A stretch of 64,000 bases of DNA from a virus (Duplodnaviria > Caudoviricetes), in the IMG/VR virus record IMGVR_UViG_3300043493_000130, positions 4,348-68,347 of that record; one strand, given 5' to 3'. Under the pieces are notes generated by a model. That model made no database searches. It was given only the letters and a program-made list of their open reading frames with translations, and was not told the origin of the DNA. This document shows, in pieces, positions 27,229 through 37,042 of the stretch (position 1 is its first letter; every line of letters begins with the position of its first letter). Position numbers and translations under genes: made by a program.

Positions 27229-28758
27229 ATGGCCAACAATCAAATCAGTTTGGCGGCGGCTCGCGGCAATTTTCTCACGTGGTGCATTTCCGGCTATCTG
27301 CCCATCGCAGAGCTTTGCAGGCCCCTCTTCATCGGCCAGCAGACCCTCGCAACTGTCCCGCCCGGCGAATTCCGCGTCGTCTATTCCGTGCAGCAGGCGC
27401 GCGACCTTTTCGGCGGCGGCTCCGTGCTGGCCAATATGGCCGTGCAGCACTTCTGCTCGTGCCCCGACATTCCGCTTTATCTCGCGCCGATCCCCGAGCC
27501 GTCGGGATCTTATGCCGAGCACTCGATCACGATCACCGGGCCGGCCACCGACCACGGCGAGCTCTCCGTCGCATTCCTCGACCAAGTCTATTCAATCGGC
27601 GTCATCGCCGGCGCGACCGCGAGCAACATGGCGACGGCGCTCACTGCCCAACTGGCGAAGAATGTCGACCTGCCCTTCGTCCCAACAGCGGTCACCAATG
27701 TCATCACGTTCAAGGCCAAGAATTCAGGGCCGGTCGGCGATTGGTTCACGCCGGTCTGGAACCCGAACTTCGGCGACCGCTTCCCCGAGGGCGTATCGGT
27801 TGCGCAAGCGACGACGCCCGGCGTTGGTGTGCTCGACATCACGCCGATGCTCCCCGTCATGACCTGTATCTGGGACTGCGTCGGGCTCGGCTTCGAGGAC
27901 GACGCCGCGGTCGACATCATGGTGGCAGCCATCCGCGCCAATTGGCGCTGCGGCGTCCAAGGCGACTTCAAGGGCGGCCACCTCTTCCATAGCCGTACCG
28001 ACACGGCCGGCTTGATCGCAAGCTATGGCCTCGACCGCAACAACCCGGAAGAGACGGTGGTGCCGGTCCGCACCGGGTACAAATATCCCGGCTATGTCCT
28101 GGCGGCGGCAACCACCTCGCGCGTTTGCTGCACGGCTTGCACGGACCCGAGCCGGCCGGTGCAATACGACAACGGCGTCCTCGGCTGCACCTACGACTCC
28201 CGGCAATGCGGGACGATATGGTCCTCGGCGGAAAAGAAAGCTTTCTACGACGCCGGCATCATGAACTGGGACGTCGCCAACTCGCGCGCCGTCCGCACCA
28301 CGCAGCTTTGGATCGAGGAGCCGCTCACGACCTGGAAATACGATCCCAACACCGGCGCCCGCGACGGCGCTTGGCAGCGCGTCGAGTCGCGCTATACCGC
28401 GACGAAGTTCGTCCGCGACCTCGGCAATTGGTATCGCCGCAACTACGCCAGCGTCTCGCTCGTGAGCGACGGGACCCGCATCCCTCCCGGCAAGCGCGCG
28501 GTCTCGCCGCGCATCCTGCAAGCCTCGATCATTGCCTGGCTGCGCGGGACGCAGATCGGCTTCACCACCGAGGCCACGCCGCAGCAGCTCGAGCAAATGG
28601 TCCGCGTCGAGCGCACAAACACGCCGAACAACTGCGACCCGAACCGCGTCAATGTCCTGATCGACCTCGACTTGGTCAACCAGCTCGCGCGCATCGCGAC
28701 CAGCATCGACGTCTCGCCGGAATTCGCCTGCATCCCGCCGGTCGCTACCGCGGCTTAG
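27229..28758 (+). CDS. Contractile tail sheath, Mu gpL-like
   Basis: LFIGQ; ARDLFGGGSVLANM; AKNSGPVG; NPNRVNVL-like C-terminus (DPNRVNVLIDLDLVNQL). Confidence 0.9.
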   Translation: MANNQISLAAARGNFLTWCISGYLPIAELCRPLFIGQQTLATVPPGEFRVVYSVQQARDLFGGGSVLANMAVQHFCSCPDIPLYLAPIPEPSGSYAEHSITITGPATDHGELSVAFLDQVYSIGVIAGATASNMATALTAQLAKNVDLPFVPTAVTNVITFKAKNSGPVGDWFTPVWNPNFGDRFPEGVSVAQATTPGVGVLDITPMLPVMTCIWDCVGLGFEDDAAVDIMVAAIRANWRCGVQGDFKGGHLFHSRTDTAGLIASYGLDRNNPEETVVPVRTGYKYPGYVLAAATTSRVCCTACTDPSRPVQYDNGVLGCTYDSRQCGTIWSSAEKKAFYDAGIMNWDVANSRAVRTTQLWIEEPLTTWKYDPNTGARDGAWQRVESRYTATKFVRDLGNWYRRNYASVSLVSDGTRIPPGKRAVSPRILQASIIAWLRGTQIGFTTEATPQQLEQMVRVERTNTPNNCDPNRVNVLIDLDLVNQLARIATSIDVSPEFACIPPVATAA

Positions 28759-28782
28759 TCGCATACCCTGGGAGTGTAACTC

Positions 28783-29199
28783 ATGGCCATCTGCCTCAAG
28801 TGCAAAGGCGTGCTGAATTTTCAAATCCGCGCGCGCACGATCCGCCTGCAGTCGGACGGCGACGTCATGATCCTCGCCTCGGACCAAAAGCGAACCGAAG
28901 CCTACGACGGCGAATGGACCCTGGAAGACCGCAACCCGCGCATCACCGCAACGCTGGTGGTGCCGAACGATCTCTACGTCAAAGACATCCAGGAGCTGTG
29001 CGACGCGCCGGTCGTGGTCGAGCTCTGCGACGGCCGCACGTTCGCGACCGAGCATGCCTCGCAGGTGTCGGAGGACGGCTACAACGCGAAGAGAAACCTG
29101 CAGCCGATCATTTTGATCTGCGACAGAATCGAGGAGATGCTGCCGCAAGTCACGGCCGCGCAGCCCCCGGGGATCGGCGCCGGCTTCGTAACCGCTTAG
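28783..29199 (+). CDS. Tail tube protein
   Basis: Directly after the sheath; P.ITATL; VVVELCDGR. Confidence 0.8.
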   Translation: MAICLKCKGVLNFQIRARTIRLQSDGDVMILASDQKRTEAYDGEWTLEDRNPRITATLVVPNDLYVKDIQELCDAPVVVELCDGRTFATEHASQVSEDGYNAKRNLQPIILICDRIEEMLPQVTAAQPPGIGAGFVTA

Positions 29200-29212
29200 C
29201 GAAAGAGGCGCC

Positions 29213-29857
29213 ATGGAACCGGAACAGTACGGAACCCTAAACCTGCGCCGGGAAGTCCTCGCCAAGAACGGCGCGACCGTCCACGACCTTGTCATCTATC
29301 GCCCAACAGCCAAGTTCATGCTGGACGTCCTCGATACGCCCGGCAACACGGCGCAAACCACGCTCTTCATGCAGACTTGCGTTCGCGCGCTCAATGGCGG
29401 CAGCGAGCCGCTCGAACTCGCCGCGGCCCTCGAATTGGACCCGGCGGACGGCAGCGAGATCAACGACACGATCGCCGCCATGGTGCTCGACGCGGACAAG
29501 GTGCGCCTGCCGCCCGACACCGGCGACGGCATCACGGCGCCGCTGGTCTACACATTGCATCGCCCGCTTAAGCTCTCGCCGCGCGAGGATGCCGAGACGC
29601 TCACGCAAATTCAGTTCGAGGCGCGCCGCATGCGCGAGGTCACGGAGTTCCTCGACGCCACGACGCGCGGCGAGCAATTCCGCGCATTCATGCGGCTGTT
29701 CGGAAAGCCGATGGGGATCGCGGTTCCAATCATGACCGACGTCCTCATCAACGCGCTCGACTTCGTGGACTATTTCGTGATCCGGGGGCCACTCATCATG
29801 GGAAAGTTGACGGGCGCGCAAGGTCGCTGGAAAAAGACGCCCTCACCCTTGCACTAG
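29213..29857 (+). CDS. Tail assembly chaperone
   Basis: Position between tube and tape measure; LD..DY motif; in-frame G GGA AAG slippery site. Confidence 0.8.
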   Translation: MEPEQYGTLNLRREVLAKNGATVHDLVIYRPTAKFMLDVLDTPGNTAQTTLFMQTCVRALNGGSEPLELAAALELDPADGSEINDTIAAMVLDADKVRLPPDTGDGITAPLVYTLHRPLKLSPREDAETLTQIQFEARRMREVTEFLDATTRGEQFRAFMRLFGKPMGIAVPIMTDVLINALDFVDYFVIRGPLIMGKLTGAQGRWKKTPSPLH

Positions 29858-29988
29858 ACTATCACTGGTCGCCGGGCTCGTGGGACACGCTTAGCATCGC
29901 CCAGCTTCTCCGGATCATTGAGCGGGCAAAGGAGCGGTGGGAGGAAAGCCGCTCGCACACGGAGACCGTAGAAACGAGCGACGAATAA
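29800..29988 (+). CDS. -1 frameshift extension of the tail chaperone (gpT / P2 E'-like)
   Basis: GGGAAAG at 29800-29806 in X XXY YYZ register; -1 frame GKVDGRARSLEKDALTLALDYHWSPGSWDTLSIAQLL...TAA 29988. Confidence 0.8.
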   Translation, partial: GKVDGRARSLEKDALTLALDYHWSPGSWDTLSIAQLLRIIERAKERWEESRSHTETVETSDE

Positions 29989-30005
29989 AGCGCGCCGAGA
30001 AAGAC

Positions 30006-30076
30006 GGAGCCCGGCAGCGTCTTCCTGGGTGTCACCATCGAAATGGCCGGGCTCCTGGGGTCGCCGCAGCGGCCTT
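30006..30076 (-). ncRNA. tigRNA-like unit 3 (spacers UUUCGAUGG / GGAAGACGC)
   Basis: Minus strand AAGGCCGC-UGCG-GCGACC-CCA-GGAGCCCGG-CCA-N9-UG-ACAC-CCA-N9-UG-CCGGGCUCC; 71 nt. Confidence 0.8.
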
Positions 30077-30115
30077 GAATAGCTCGTAGCGCAATTCGCA
30101 CGACGGTGTAAGCCA

Positions 30116-33100
30116 GTGGTAGACGTATCCTCCGAAGCTCGCATCAAAGTCGTCGTTGAAGGCGAGGAGCAAATTCCGCGGCTGACAGCCGCCATCGCCG
30201 CGCTCAATCGCGAAGCCGGCAAAACTCAAACCATCAACGCCGCGGCCGGAGCTCGGCCGAGCTCGGCGCCCGGCCGGCCGCCGCAGGCTCCGGCCCTCCC
30301 GCTTCCGGTGATCCCGCGCTCCTACGGCGAACGCCTGGGCGAGCAGTTCGGTCGAAACGTCCTCGCGCCCGCGCTCAAGGCACCGTTTCAGGTCGTAGCC
30401 GCGGCGACACAGGTGGCCGGCGTAGCGCTATTCGGCCTCGCCGGCCCGCTCGCGCTGGTCGCCGCTCGCTTCCCGCCGGTCGCGCTCGGCATCACCGCGC
30501 TCGGCGCCGCCCTCACCGGCTTGGCCGTGCCGCTCCTGCAGGTGATCGCGAGCGTGAAGTTAATGACGTTGTCGTTCCAGTGGGCGCAGGAGGAGGCGCA
30601 AGAAGCGCTCCGGATCCGCGCCGCCGCCCGCCGCTATTACCCCGGCGCCAGCGGGGCCGAGCTCAAGCGCGCCGAAGACGCCATCGAGACGAGCATGGAG
30701 ACGATGAGTTCGCTCATCGGCGAGTCCGCACATGGCATACAAGAGCGCGTCAACAAGCGCCTGCGCGACGTGCGGCTTGGCAAAGGACTGTTCGGAGATA
30801 GGGAAGCGTTCCAACGTTGGGGAATCACGCCCGAATCCCGCGACGCTTTCGAGCGCCAAGCCGGCAAGCGGCTCGACCTCACCGACTGGACAAGGCAATG
30901 GATCCTGCAGCGCGAGCGGCTGCAAAAAACATTCGACGAAGCGCCGCCCGGGCCGCGGAAGGACAAGACCCAGCACGCGCTCGCGGAACTCGCCGAGTTT
31001 ACCGCGCAGTTGTACGGGCCAAAGGTGGCCGAGGTCATTCAGTCGTTTTCGTCCGCCGATTTCGCCAAGCTGCAGGCCGGCATTGCGCAGACACAGAAGC
31101 TCGGCGAGTCGCACGCCGACACCGCGCAGAACGCCATTGAACTCACCATCGCGACCACCAAGGTCCACACCGCCTTCAATGAACTTACGAAGGGAATCGC
31201 GCGCGATGTGAACCCGGCGATTACCGACTTCCTCGACACGCTGCATGGAAAGCTGGCCGGCGGTCTCGGCCAAAGTCTTCGCGCGCTCGGCTCGGCTATC
31301 ACTATCCGTGGGTTTGAGACCTTGACGGTATTGCTCAAGGGCTTCGCGCCGACGATTGAAAACATCACGACGGCAATTAACGAGATGAAGCCCGCCGACA
31401 CCGCCGCGGGCATCAAGTCGTGGGGCGAAGGGCTTGTGTCGGTTGGCTCTTCGATCTGGAACGTGGTGCAAGGAACAGAAGCGCTTCTCGTAAAATTAGA
31501 TGCGTGGCTCGTGTGGCTTAACGACTTCAACCCAATAGAGCGTGAGCGGCAGAACGTAAACCGGCCGGCGCCACAAACTGCTTTGGAGTGGTTGCTCCAA
31601 GGCCCGCGCACGCTCGAAAGGCGTTTCGACCCGCTCCCGCGCGGCGGGAACGCCCCACCGGCCGCGCCGGGCACCCGCGCGTGGCCGGGCACGCCCGCGG
31701 TGCCGGCGTGGCCGAGCGACTTTATGGTGCCGCCGGGCGCCGCGCCGAGCACGGCGCCGGTGGAATCCCCGTGGGGGCCGGACGCGCTGCCGCCCTCGGG
31801 CTTGCCCCCCGGCGCGGCGTCGAGCGCACCGGCGCCCTCCGGGATCCCGAGCGGAGCGCCGCCGGGCTTCAGCCCCATCTCCTATGTGCCTGGCGGCGGC
31901 ATGCCCGAGGCGGCAATCGCGCCCAGGATCGGCGCCGGGCGCTCCGGCCTGTTTCTCCCGCCCCCGGCAGGCGCTCCCCCGGGCGGCGGTCTCGCCGACG
32001 TCCGTAGCCGGTTCGCCGGGGAGATGGCTAACCCGGCGGTGCGCGACCGCTTGGCGGCCTACACGCAGGCCGAGGTCGGCGGCCAAGGGCCCGAGGCGCA
32101 GCAAGCCTTCATGGAATCGATCTTCAACCGGGCCGCCGCGCGCAACCAAAGCATCGAGACGACGCTCTCCGGCAAGTATTTTCCCGGCAGCACGCATGCG
32201 CGCGCGGCGCGCGGCGTCTCCGAGGATCAGCGCGCGCGATACGGGCCGATGGCCGAGAGCGTGCTGGCAGGCTCGAACGTCTCGAACTTTGCGACCGGCA
32301 ATGCCTCCGGCACCGTCGGCTTCGGCGGCGGGCCGCAAACATTCGCCGCGGGCGGCGAGAGGTTTGGCATCGAAGGAGCCGACCGCGGCTGGGCGGCAAG
32401 GCAGAGAGCCGGCGGCGGCCCGATCATTGTCCCGCCGTCTGTCGCGGCTGCCGTGGCGGCAGGCGGCGGCGGCGACCGGATGATGCCGGGTCGCAATCTC
32501 AAAGGCACTGACCCGCGCCTCGCCGAAATCGTCGGCGCCGCGGCGCGGGGCTTGCCGGAGGGCTACAAAATTCAACCGACGTCAGGACTGCGCGATCCGC
32601 GCGCGCCCGGCTTCCATCCAAGCGGCAGGGCAACCGACTGGCAAATCATCGGGCCGGACGGCAAGCCGGTGAGCAACCGCGGTGAGGACAGCACCGGGCT
32701 CTACACGCAGCTCGCGCGCAATGCTTACGGCTATCAGGAAGCAATGCATCCGGAACTGACCGGCACATTCCAGTGGGGCGGACAATTCGGAACCTCGAAG
32801 CGCAACCCGAACGAGCCCGACTTGATGCACTTCGATATCGGCGGCCGGCGCGGCCGGCTCTCCCGCTATAGCCGGGAGGCAATCGGCGCGACCATGCCGC
32901 CGGCCGAGACCGCCGACCTCGGCGGCAAGGCGCCGCCCTCGGCCGCGGTGCCTTATGCCGAATTCAGCAGGCAGATGGGCGGAGCGCCCGGCGGCCTCGA
33001 CGGCCGCAAGCTCGGAAGCGAATTCGGAAACGCCGCCGCCGAATCGTTCCGCTCCGGCGTCGACGGAGTGTCGGTCCCGCTCGACACGTCCGACACGTCC

Positions 33101-33163
33101 CGCGGCGTGCCGCCCCGCAGCGCGCCCAAGGCCGTCGGCGGCGACTCGGCGACGGAGGCGTGA
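30116..33163 (+). CDS. Tape measure protein with two C-terminal cell-wall hydrolase domains
   Basis: Helical N-terminal region; Pro-rich linker; AEVGGQG..Q.AFMESIFNR (SleB/lysozyme-like) and TSGLR...H.SG.ATD...WGG.F...D.MHFD (M15-like peptidase). Confidence 0.8.
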   Translation: MVDVSSEARIKVVVEGEEQIPRLTAAIAALNREAGKTQTINAAAGARPSSAPGRPPQAPALPLPVIPRSYGERLGEQFGRNVLAPALKAPFQVVAAATQVAGVALFGLAGPLALVAARFPPVALGITALGAALTGLAVPLLQVIASVKLMTLSFQWAQEEAQEALRIRAAARRYYPGASGAELKRAEDAIETSMETMSSLIGESAHGIQERVNKRLRDVRLGKGLFGDREAFQRWGITPESRDAFERQAGKRLDLTDWTRQWILQRERLQKTFDEAPPGPRKDKTQHALAELAEFTAQLYGPKVAEVIQSFSSADFAKLQAGIAQTQKLGESHADTAQNAIELTIATTKVHTAFNELTKGIARDVNPAITDFLDTLHGKLAGGLGQSLRALGSAITIRGFETLTVLLKGFAPTIENITTAINEMKPADTAAGIKSWGEGLVSVGSSIWNVVQGTEALLVKLDAWLVWLNDFNPIERERQNVNRPAPQTALEWLLQGPRTLERRFDPLPRGGNAPPAAPGTRAWPGTPAVPAWPSDFMVPPGAAPSTAPVESPWGPDALPPSGLPPGAASSAPAPSGIPSGAPPGFSPISYVPGGGMPEAAIAPRIGAGRSGLFLPPPAGAPPGGGLADVRSRFAGEMANPAVRDRLAAYTQAEVGGQGPEAQQAFMESIFNRAAARNQSIETTLSGKYFPGSTHARAARGVSEDQRARYGPMAESVLAGSNVSNFATGNASGTVGFGGGPQTFAAGGERFGIEGADRGWAARQRAGGGPIIVPPSVAAAVAAGGGGDRMMPGRNLKGTDPRLAEIVGAAARGLPEGYKIQPTSGLRDPRAPGFHPSGRATDWQIIGPDGKPVSNRGEDSTGLYTQLARNAYGYQEAMHPELTGTFQWGGQFGTSKRNPNEPDLMHFDIGGRRGRLSRYSREAIGATMPPAETADLGGKAPPSAAVPYAEFSRQMGGAPGGLDGRKLGSEFGNAAAESFRSGVDGVSVPLDTSDTSRGVPPRSAPKAVGGDSATEA

Positions 33164-33164
33164 C

Positions 33165-34391
33165 ATGGCAGTGAACTTTGGCGCAGGCGTTGGCCAGCCG
33201 GAAACGCAAAAGCCGGGCCCGGCGCCGGTTTGCAGAATCCCCGAATATCTCGCGGCAAGCTGGAAGGGCGTGCCCTTTTTTGTGCTCACGTCGACCGATG
33301 ATTTCGGGCGCCGCGGCGATCTCTACGAGTACCCGCTCAACGACAACACCGGCTACGTCGACCTCGGCCGCAAGGCGCGGCGCTTCAAAATTGAAGGCTA
33401 TCTGATCGGCTCGGACCAGATCGCGCAAACGAGGACGATGCGCGACGCGGCGGAAAAGGCGCAGCCGGGCGTGCTGGTTCACCCGATGTACGGGCCGCAA
33501 ATCGTCGCATGCGTCACGCTCTCCGCCAGCGCGGATTACCGCAAGGACAAGAAGCGCACCAAGCTCGCGTTCGACTTCATCGAGGCGGTCACGATCCTTG
33601 ACCAGGAGTTCGCGCCGGTAATCATTACGCCGGAGTCGGTGGAGCGGGCGGGCACCGCCGCCTGGCGGGCGCACGGACATCGGGTCAGACGGACACTTGG
33701 CGCGTGGGTGCCGGGCGCGCGGACACGGCGCGCCGCCCAATGGGTGCACAGCGACCTCGCCCAGAAGATCAAGCCGGCCCGCGACGAAAGTTCCTGGGAC
33801 GCGGTCGACACGCTGTCCCCCTCAATCCCGCTGGACGCGCCCCTGCTGGACTTTGATGCCGTTGCGGACCCGATCGAGATCGGGACCATGACGGTCCGCC
33901 GGCTCTGGGGCAGCGGCGGCAGCGCACTCGCGCGCCTGCGCCTCTTCAACGGAACCGTCGTCCGGGTCGAGGACGAATTCGGCAGCGGCATGAGCATTGA
34001 GTCACTGATCGTCACGGCGCGCTTGGCGCTGATCCGGGACTTTGCCGTCGCCGCCAGGATGACAAAATACCCGACCAAAAACGCCGCCTTCGCCGACCTT
34101 GACTTCATCATGGCCGTCTATGACGACGAGGAGCGCGCCGCCGCAGCGCATTCGTGGGACGACGTCGTGGTCGCGATCCGCGCCGCGCGCGCAACCGCCG
34201 CGCAAGCCATGCTCGTCGTCAACGCCACACTGCCGGGGATATTCACAACGAACGTCGACGGGGTGTGGCCCTCGCTGGTCGTCGCCCATAAGCTTTATGC
34301 CGATGGGTCGCGCCACGAGGTGGTCGAGCAATACAATCCGCAAATGATCCCGTTCTTTATCGGGCGCGACGCCGTCGCACCTGGGGCGTGA
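33165..34391 (+). CDS. Mu gpN-like DNA circulation / tail-baseplate protein
   Basis: ASWKGVPF; YEYP......VDLGRKAR; GVLVHPMYG; SLVVAHKLYADGSR. Confidence 0.88.
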   Translation: MAVNFGAGVGQPETQKPGPAPVCRIPEYLAASWKGVPFFVLTSTDDFGRRGDLYEYPLNDNTGYVDLGRKARRFKIEGYLIGSDQIAQTRTMRDAAEKAQPGVLVHPMYGPQIVACVTLSASADYRKDKKRTKLAFDFIEAVTILDQEFAPVIITPESVERAGTAAWRAHGHRVRRTLGAWVPGARTRRAAQWVHSDLAQKIKPARDESSWDAVDTLSPSIPLDAPLLDFDAVADPIEIGTMTVRRLWGSGGSALARLRLFNGTVVRVEDEFGSGMSIESLIVTARLALIRDFAVAARMTKYPTKNAAFADLDFIMAVYDDEERAAAAHSWDDVVVAIRAARATAAQAMLVVNATLPGIFTTNVDGVWPSLVVAHKLYADGSRHEVVEQYNPQMIPFFIGRDAVAPGA

Positions 34392-35605
34392 ATATGAGCG
34401 TGACCTACGACGCAGTTCCCCGCCAGCCCGAAGCAGTCGCGAGCTTTGTAATCGGGGGCGTGAACTACAATGAAATCCTCAAGCTGCGTGTCCACCGCGA
34501 CATGAACGAGGCGACCGGCGAGGGCGAGGTGACCTTGTCATGGCCGGGGGCCTCCACCATCAAAGCCCTGATCGTCGAAAACCAGATGCTCTCGCCGGCA
34601 TTCATGGACGGCGCCGCCGGCACCATCCTGCTCGACGGGCAGCTCGCAATGTCATTTGTGTTCGATACGCGCACATCGCACGGCTCGCCGACCCAGTACG
34701 AGTTGGAGCTGCATTTTCGCGGGCGGGCGGCCGCGATCGTCGACGGCCCGCCGAAGCACGAGACCGGACAAGAGAACGACAAGACCATCCCGCAAATTGT
34801 AAAGAAGCTCATGGAGGGCTACGACGCTGCCTTCGTCGACAAGAGCGGCAGCACGCGAAAAATCAAGCGCTTCATCATCGCACAAGGCGAAACCACCGAA
34901 CGCGCAATGCGCCGCGCCACGCGCGAATTCAGCCACAACTTTTTCGAGAACGAGGAAGGCCAGATCGTTCTGTGGAACAAGGACGACAACGAGGGCACCG
35001 GGGGGCAACTGGTGCTCGGCGACCGCAAGATTACGCATTGGTCGGTCAAGCGTGACATCGCGCCGCGCTTCACGGAAGGCGAGGTGCTCGCCAACGCCAT
35101 CCCGACCGATGAAAAGTACGGCAAGGCCGCCGAGATGCTGAGCAGCAGCGTGATGGCCTCCGCAGGCGCCTTCATGCGAAGGCGCACATATCTGGCCGAT
35201 GGCGATCACGACTGGAGCACGATCAAGGATCGGGGCGGCTTCGAGTTCACGCGCAGCTCGTCGCAAGGGCTCAACGTGACGCTGCGGGTGTCAACTTGGA
35301 CCGATGTCAATGGCGAGCTCTGGAAACTCAACAAGCTCTATCCGGTCACGATCCCGGTCGATGGTGTCAATGAGACACTCATGCTTTCGGCGGTGACTTT
35401 TGTCCTCACGCCAACCGAGCGCTACGCCACGCTCGTGCTGACGTCGGCCAATTCCTACGGGAAACTCGGCGACGTGCTTTCTAAAGGCCCGAACAGCATG
35501 ACGGAGATATATAAACTGCAGACGGGGCCGCGCAAAACGCCGGAGGAAGAAAAGAAAGAAGAGGAGGAGGCGGAGACACCACCACCGCCTGGGCGAGGAA
35601 GGTAA
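34388..35605 (+). CDS. Baseplate hub (Mu gpP/gp44-like)
   Basis: GRAAAIVD; GET.ERA.RR; WTDVNGELWKLN. Confidence 0.85.
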   Translation: MNMSVTYDAVPRQPEAVASFVIGGVNYNEILKLRVHRDMNEATGEGEVTLSWPGASTIKALIVENQMLSPAFMDGAAGTILLDGQLAMSFVFDTRTSHGSPTQYELELHFRGRAAAIVDGPPKHETGQENDKTIPQIVKKLMEGYDAAFVDKSGSTRKIKRFIIAQGETTERAMRRATREFSHNFFENEEGQIVLWNKDDNEGTGGQLVLGDRKITHWSVKRDIAPRFTEGEVLANAIPTDEKYGKAAEMLSSSVMASAGAFMRRRTYLADGDHDWSTIKDRGGFEFTRSSSQGLNVTLRVSTWTDVNGELWKLNKLYPVTIPVDGVNETLMLSAVTFVLTPTERYATLVLTSANSYGKLGDVLSKGPNSMTEIYKLQTGPRKTPEEEKKEEEEAETPPPPGRGR

Positions 35606-35612
35606 CGCGGCC

Positions 35613-36473
35613 ATGGGTACTGATAACTGGAACCACTCGAAGTTTCTGCATCACAAAGCACGCAACGCAACGCGCCGCGGCTACCTGCAGAAAACCTACT
35701 ATGATAAAAAATTGATGCAGTCTCGGTTCGCGACCGGCGAGAAAAACCAGAACGACCGTATCGACATCATTCAGCCCGCGGGCTTCCTCGGCCGCCATCC
35801 GCCCGGCGAGAAGACCGAGATCGTGACCAGCGACATCGGCGGCGACACGTCGCGCCGGGTCTGCACGGCCGTCATCGGCGACCGCGAGCACCACCCCAAA
35901 ATCGACGAAGCCGAGTCGATCCTGTACTCGCCGGGCGACAAGCTCAACTACATGCGCATCAAGGGCGAAAAGCCGAAGCAGGAAGGCCAGGGCAAGCACG
36001 GCTCCGGCGCGGAATTCGAGGACCCCTACGACGGCGACGGCAACGAGGACAAAAACCCGAAAGGCATTCACATAGCATCGGAAACGAATGAAACGCACAA
36101 AATCAAAGAAACCTTTCAGGTCGAGGCCGAAAAGGATATCCGCATCAAGGCGCCCAAGATCTACATCAAGGGCGTCATACATCTCGACGGCACGATCATC
36201 GCAAAGGCCGGCCTGAAAGTCGGCAACGGGATGTGGGGGGACCAGAAACCCGACGACTACCCGGGCGCCGTCCCAACCACACGCGAGCCGCCGGCGCCGG
36301 AAGCCGAGCCCGGCCCGGTAGTGGAGTCGAGCGCGCCGCGGCCGTATCTTGTCGACGCAGAGGGCAACGTCACCTTTCTCGGTACGGTCACGTTCAAGGG
36401 GCCGGTCCAGTTCGACTCGCCCGTGACATTCGAGGACGTCGTCACTTTCGCACTTGGGGAAGACAATGGTTGA
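35613..36473 (+). CDS. Baseplate spike (Mu gp45 / gpV-like)
   Basis: QPAGFLG.HPPG; beta-helix-like repeats (I.IKAPKIYIKG; GNVTFLGTVTFKGPVQF). Confidence 0.8.
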   Translation: MGTDNWNHSKFLHHKARNATRRGYLQKTYYDKKLMQSRFATGEKNQNDRIDIIQPAGFLGRHPPGEKTEIVTSDIGGDTSRRVCTAVIGDREHHPKIDEAESILYSPGDKLNYMRIKGEKPKQEGQGKHGSGAEFEDPYDGDGNEDKNPKGIHIASETNETHKIKETFQVEAEKDIRIKAPKIYIKGVIHLDGTIIAKAGLKVGNGMWGDQKPDDYPGAVPTTREPPAPEAEPGPVVESSAPRPYLVDAEGNVTFLGTVTFKGPVQFDSPVTFEDVVTFALGEDNG

Positions 36474-37041
36474 GCCCTGCGCGCCTGCGCCGCCCCGCTG
36501 CGGCACCCGGTATGCCGAGACGTTCAAGCCTGGCATCTCGGCGCGGCGAATTCCCTCGTGCAGTTATTCGCATTGCGGCTTGCATTTCGGCGACCCGAAT
36601 TGGCGCGTAACAGCGGAGGGTACGCTCGACCGCGCCCGCTGGATCGAAGGCTGGATCGCAATCCAACTCTTTACCCGCGGGCAGATCGAATGCGACGAGC
36701 ACGTCCTGAAAGAGCGCTCTGGCGGATGGTGGGCCGACGCTTTCCGCAGCAACAATTTCAAAACCGGCTCCAAGCTGTGGTCGCTGCAATGGGCACTCGT
36801 TAACAACGACGCGCTGCTGCAGGCCAAAGCCTACGCGACCGCGGCGCTCTCCTATCTGCTGCAATGGGGGGTCGCGACCCGGCTCGACATCAAGCCAACC
36901 TACGTCAGCCGGTTTGTGATGCACTTGGCCGTGGCGGTGCACGGGCCCGGCTACATGGCCAGCATGATCGCGGAAGGGCGGCTCGTTAACGGCGCGTGGC
37001 TGTTCGCGGAATATGACCAAAAAACGAACCTGAGTCAGTGA
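36466..37041 (+). CDS. Baseplate protein, Mu gp46-like
   Basis: IQLFT; GGWWAD; GSKLWSL; AKAYA..ALSYL. Confidence 0.88.
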   Translation: MVEPCAPAPPRCGTRYAETFKPGISARRIPSCSYSHCGLHFGDPNWRVTAEGTLDRARWIEGWIAIQLFTRGQIECDEHVLKERSGGWWADAFRSNNFKTGSKLWSLQWALVNNDALLQAKAYATAALSYLLQWGVATRLDIKPTYVSRFVMHLAVAVHGPGYMASMIAEGRLVNGAWLFAEYDQKTNLSQ

Positions 37042-37042
37042 C

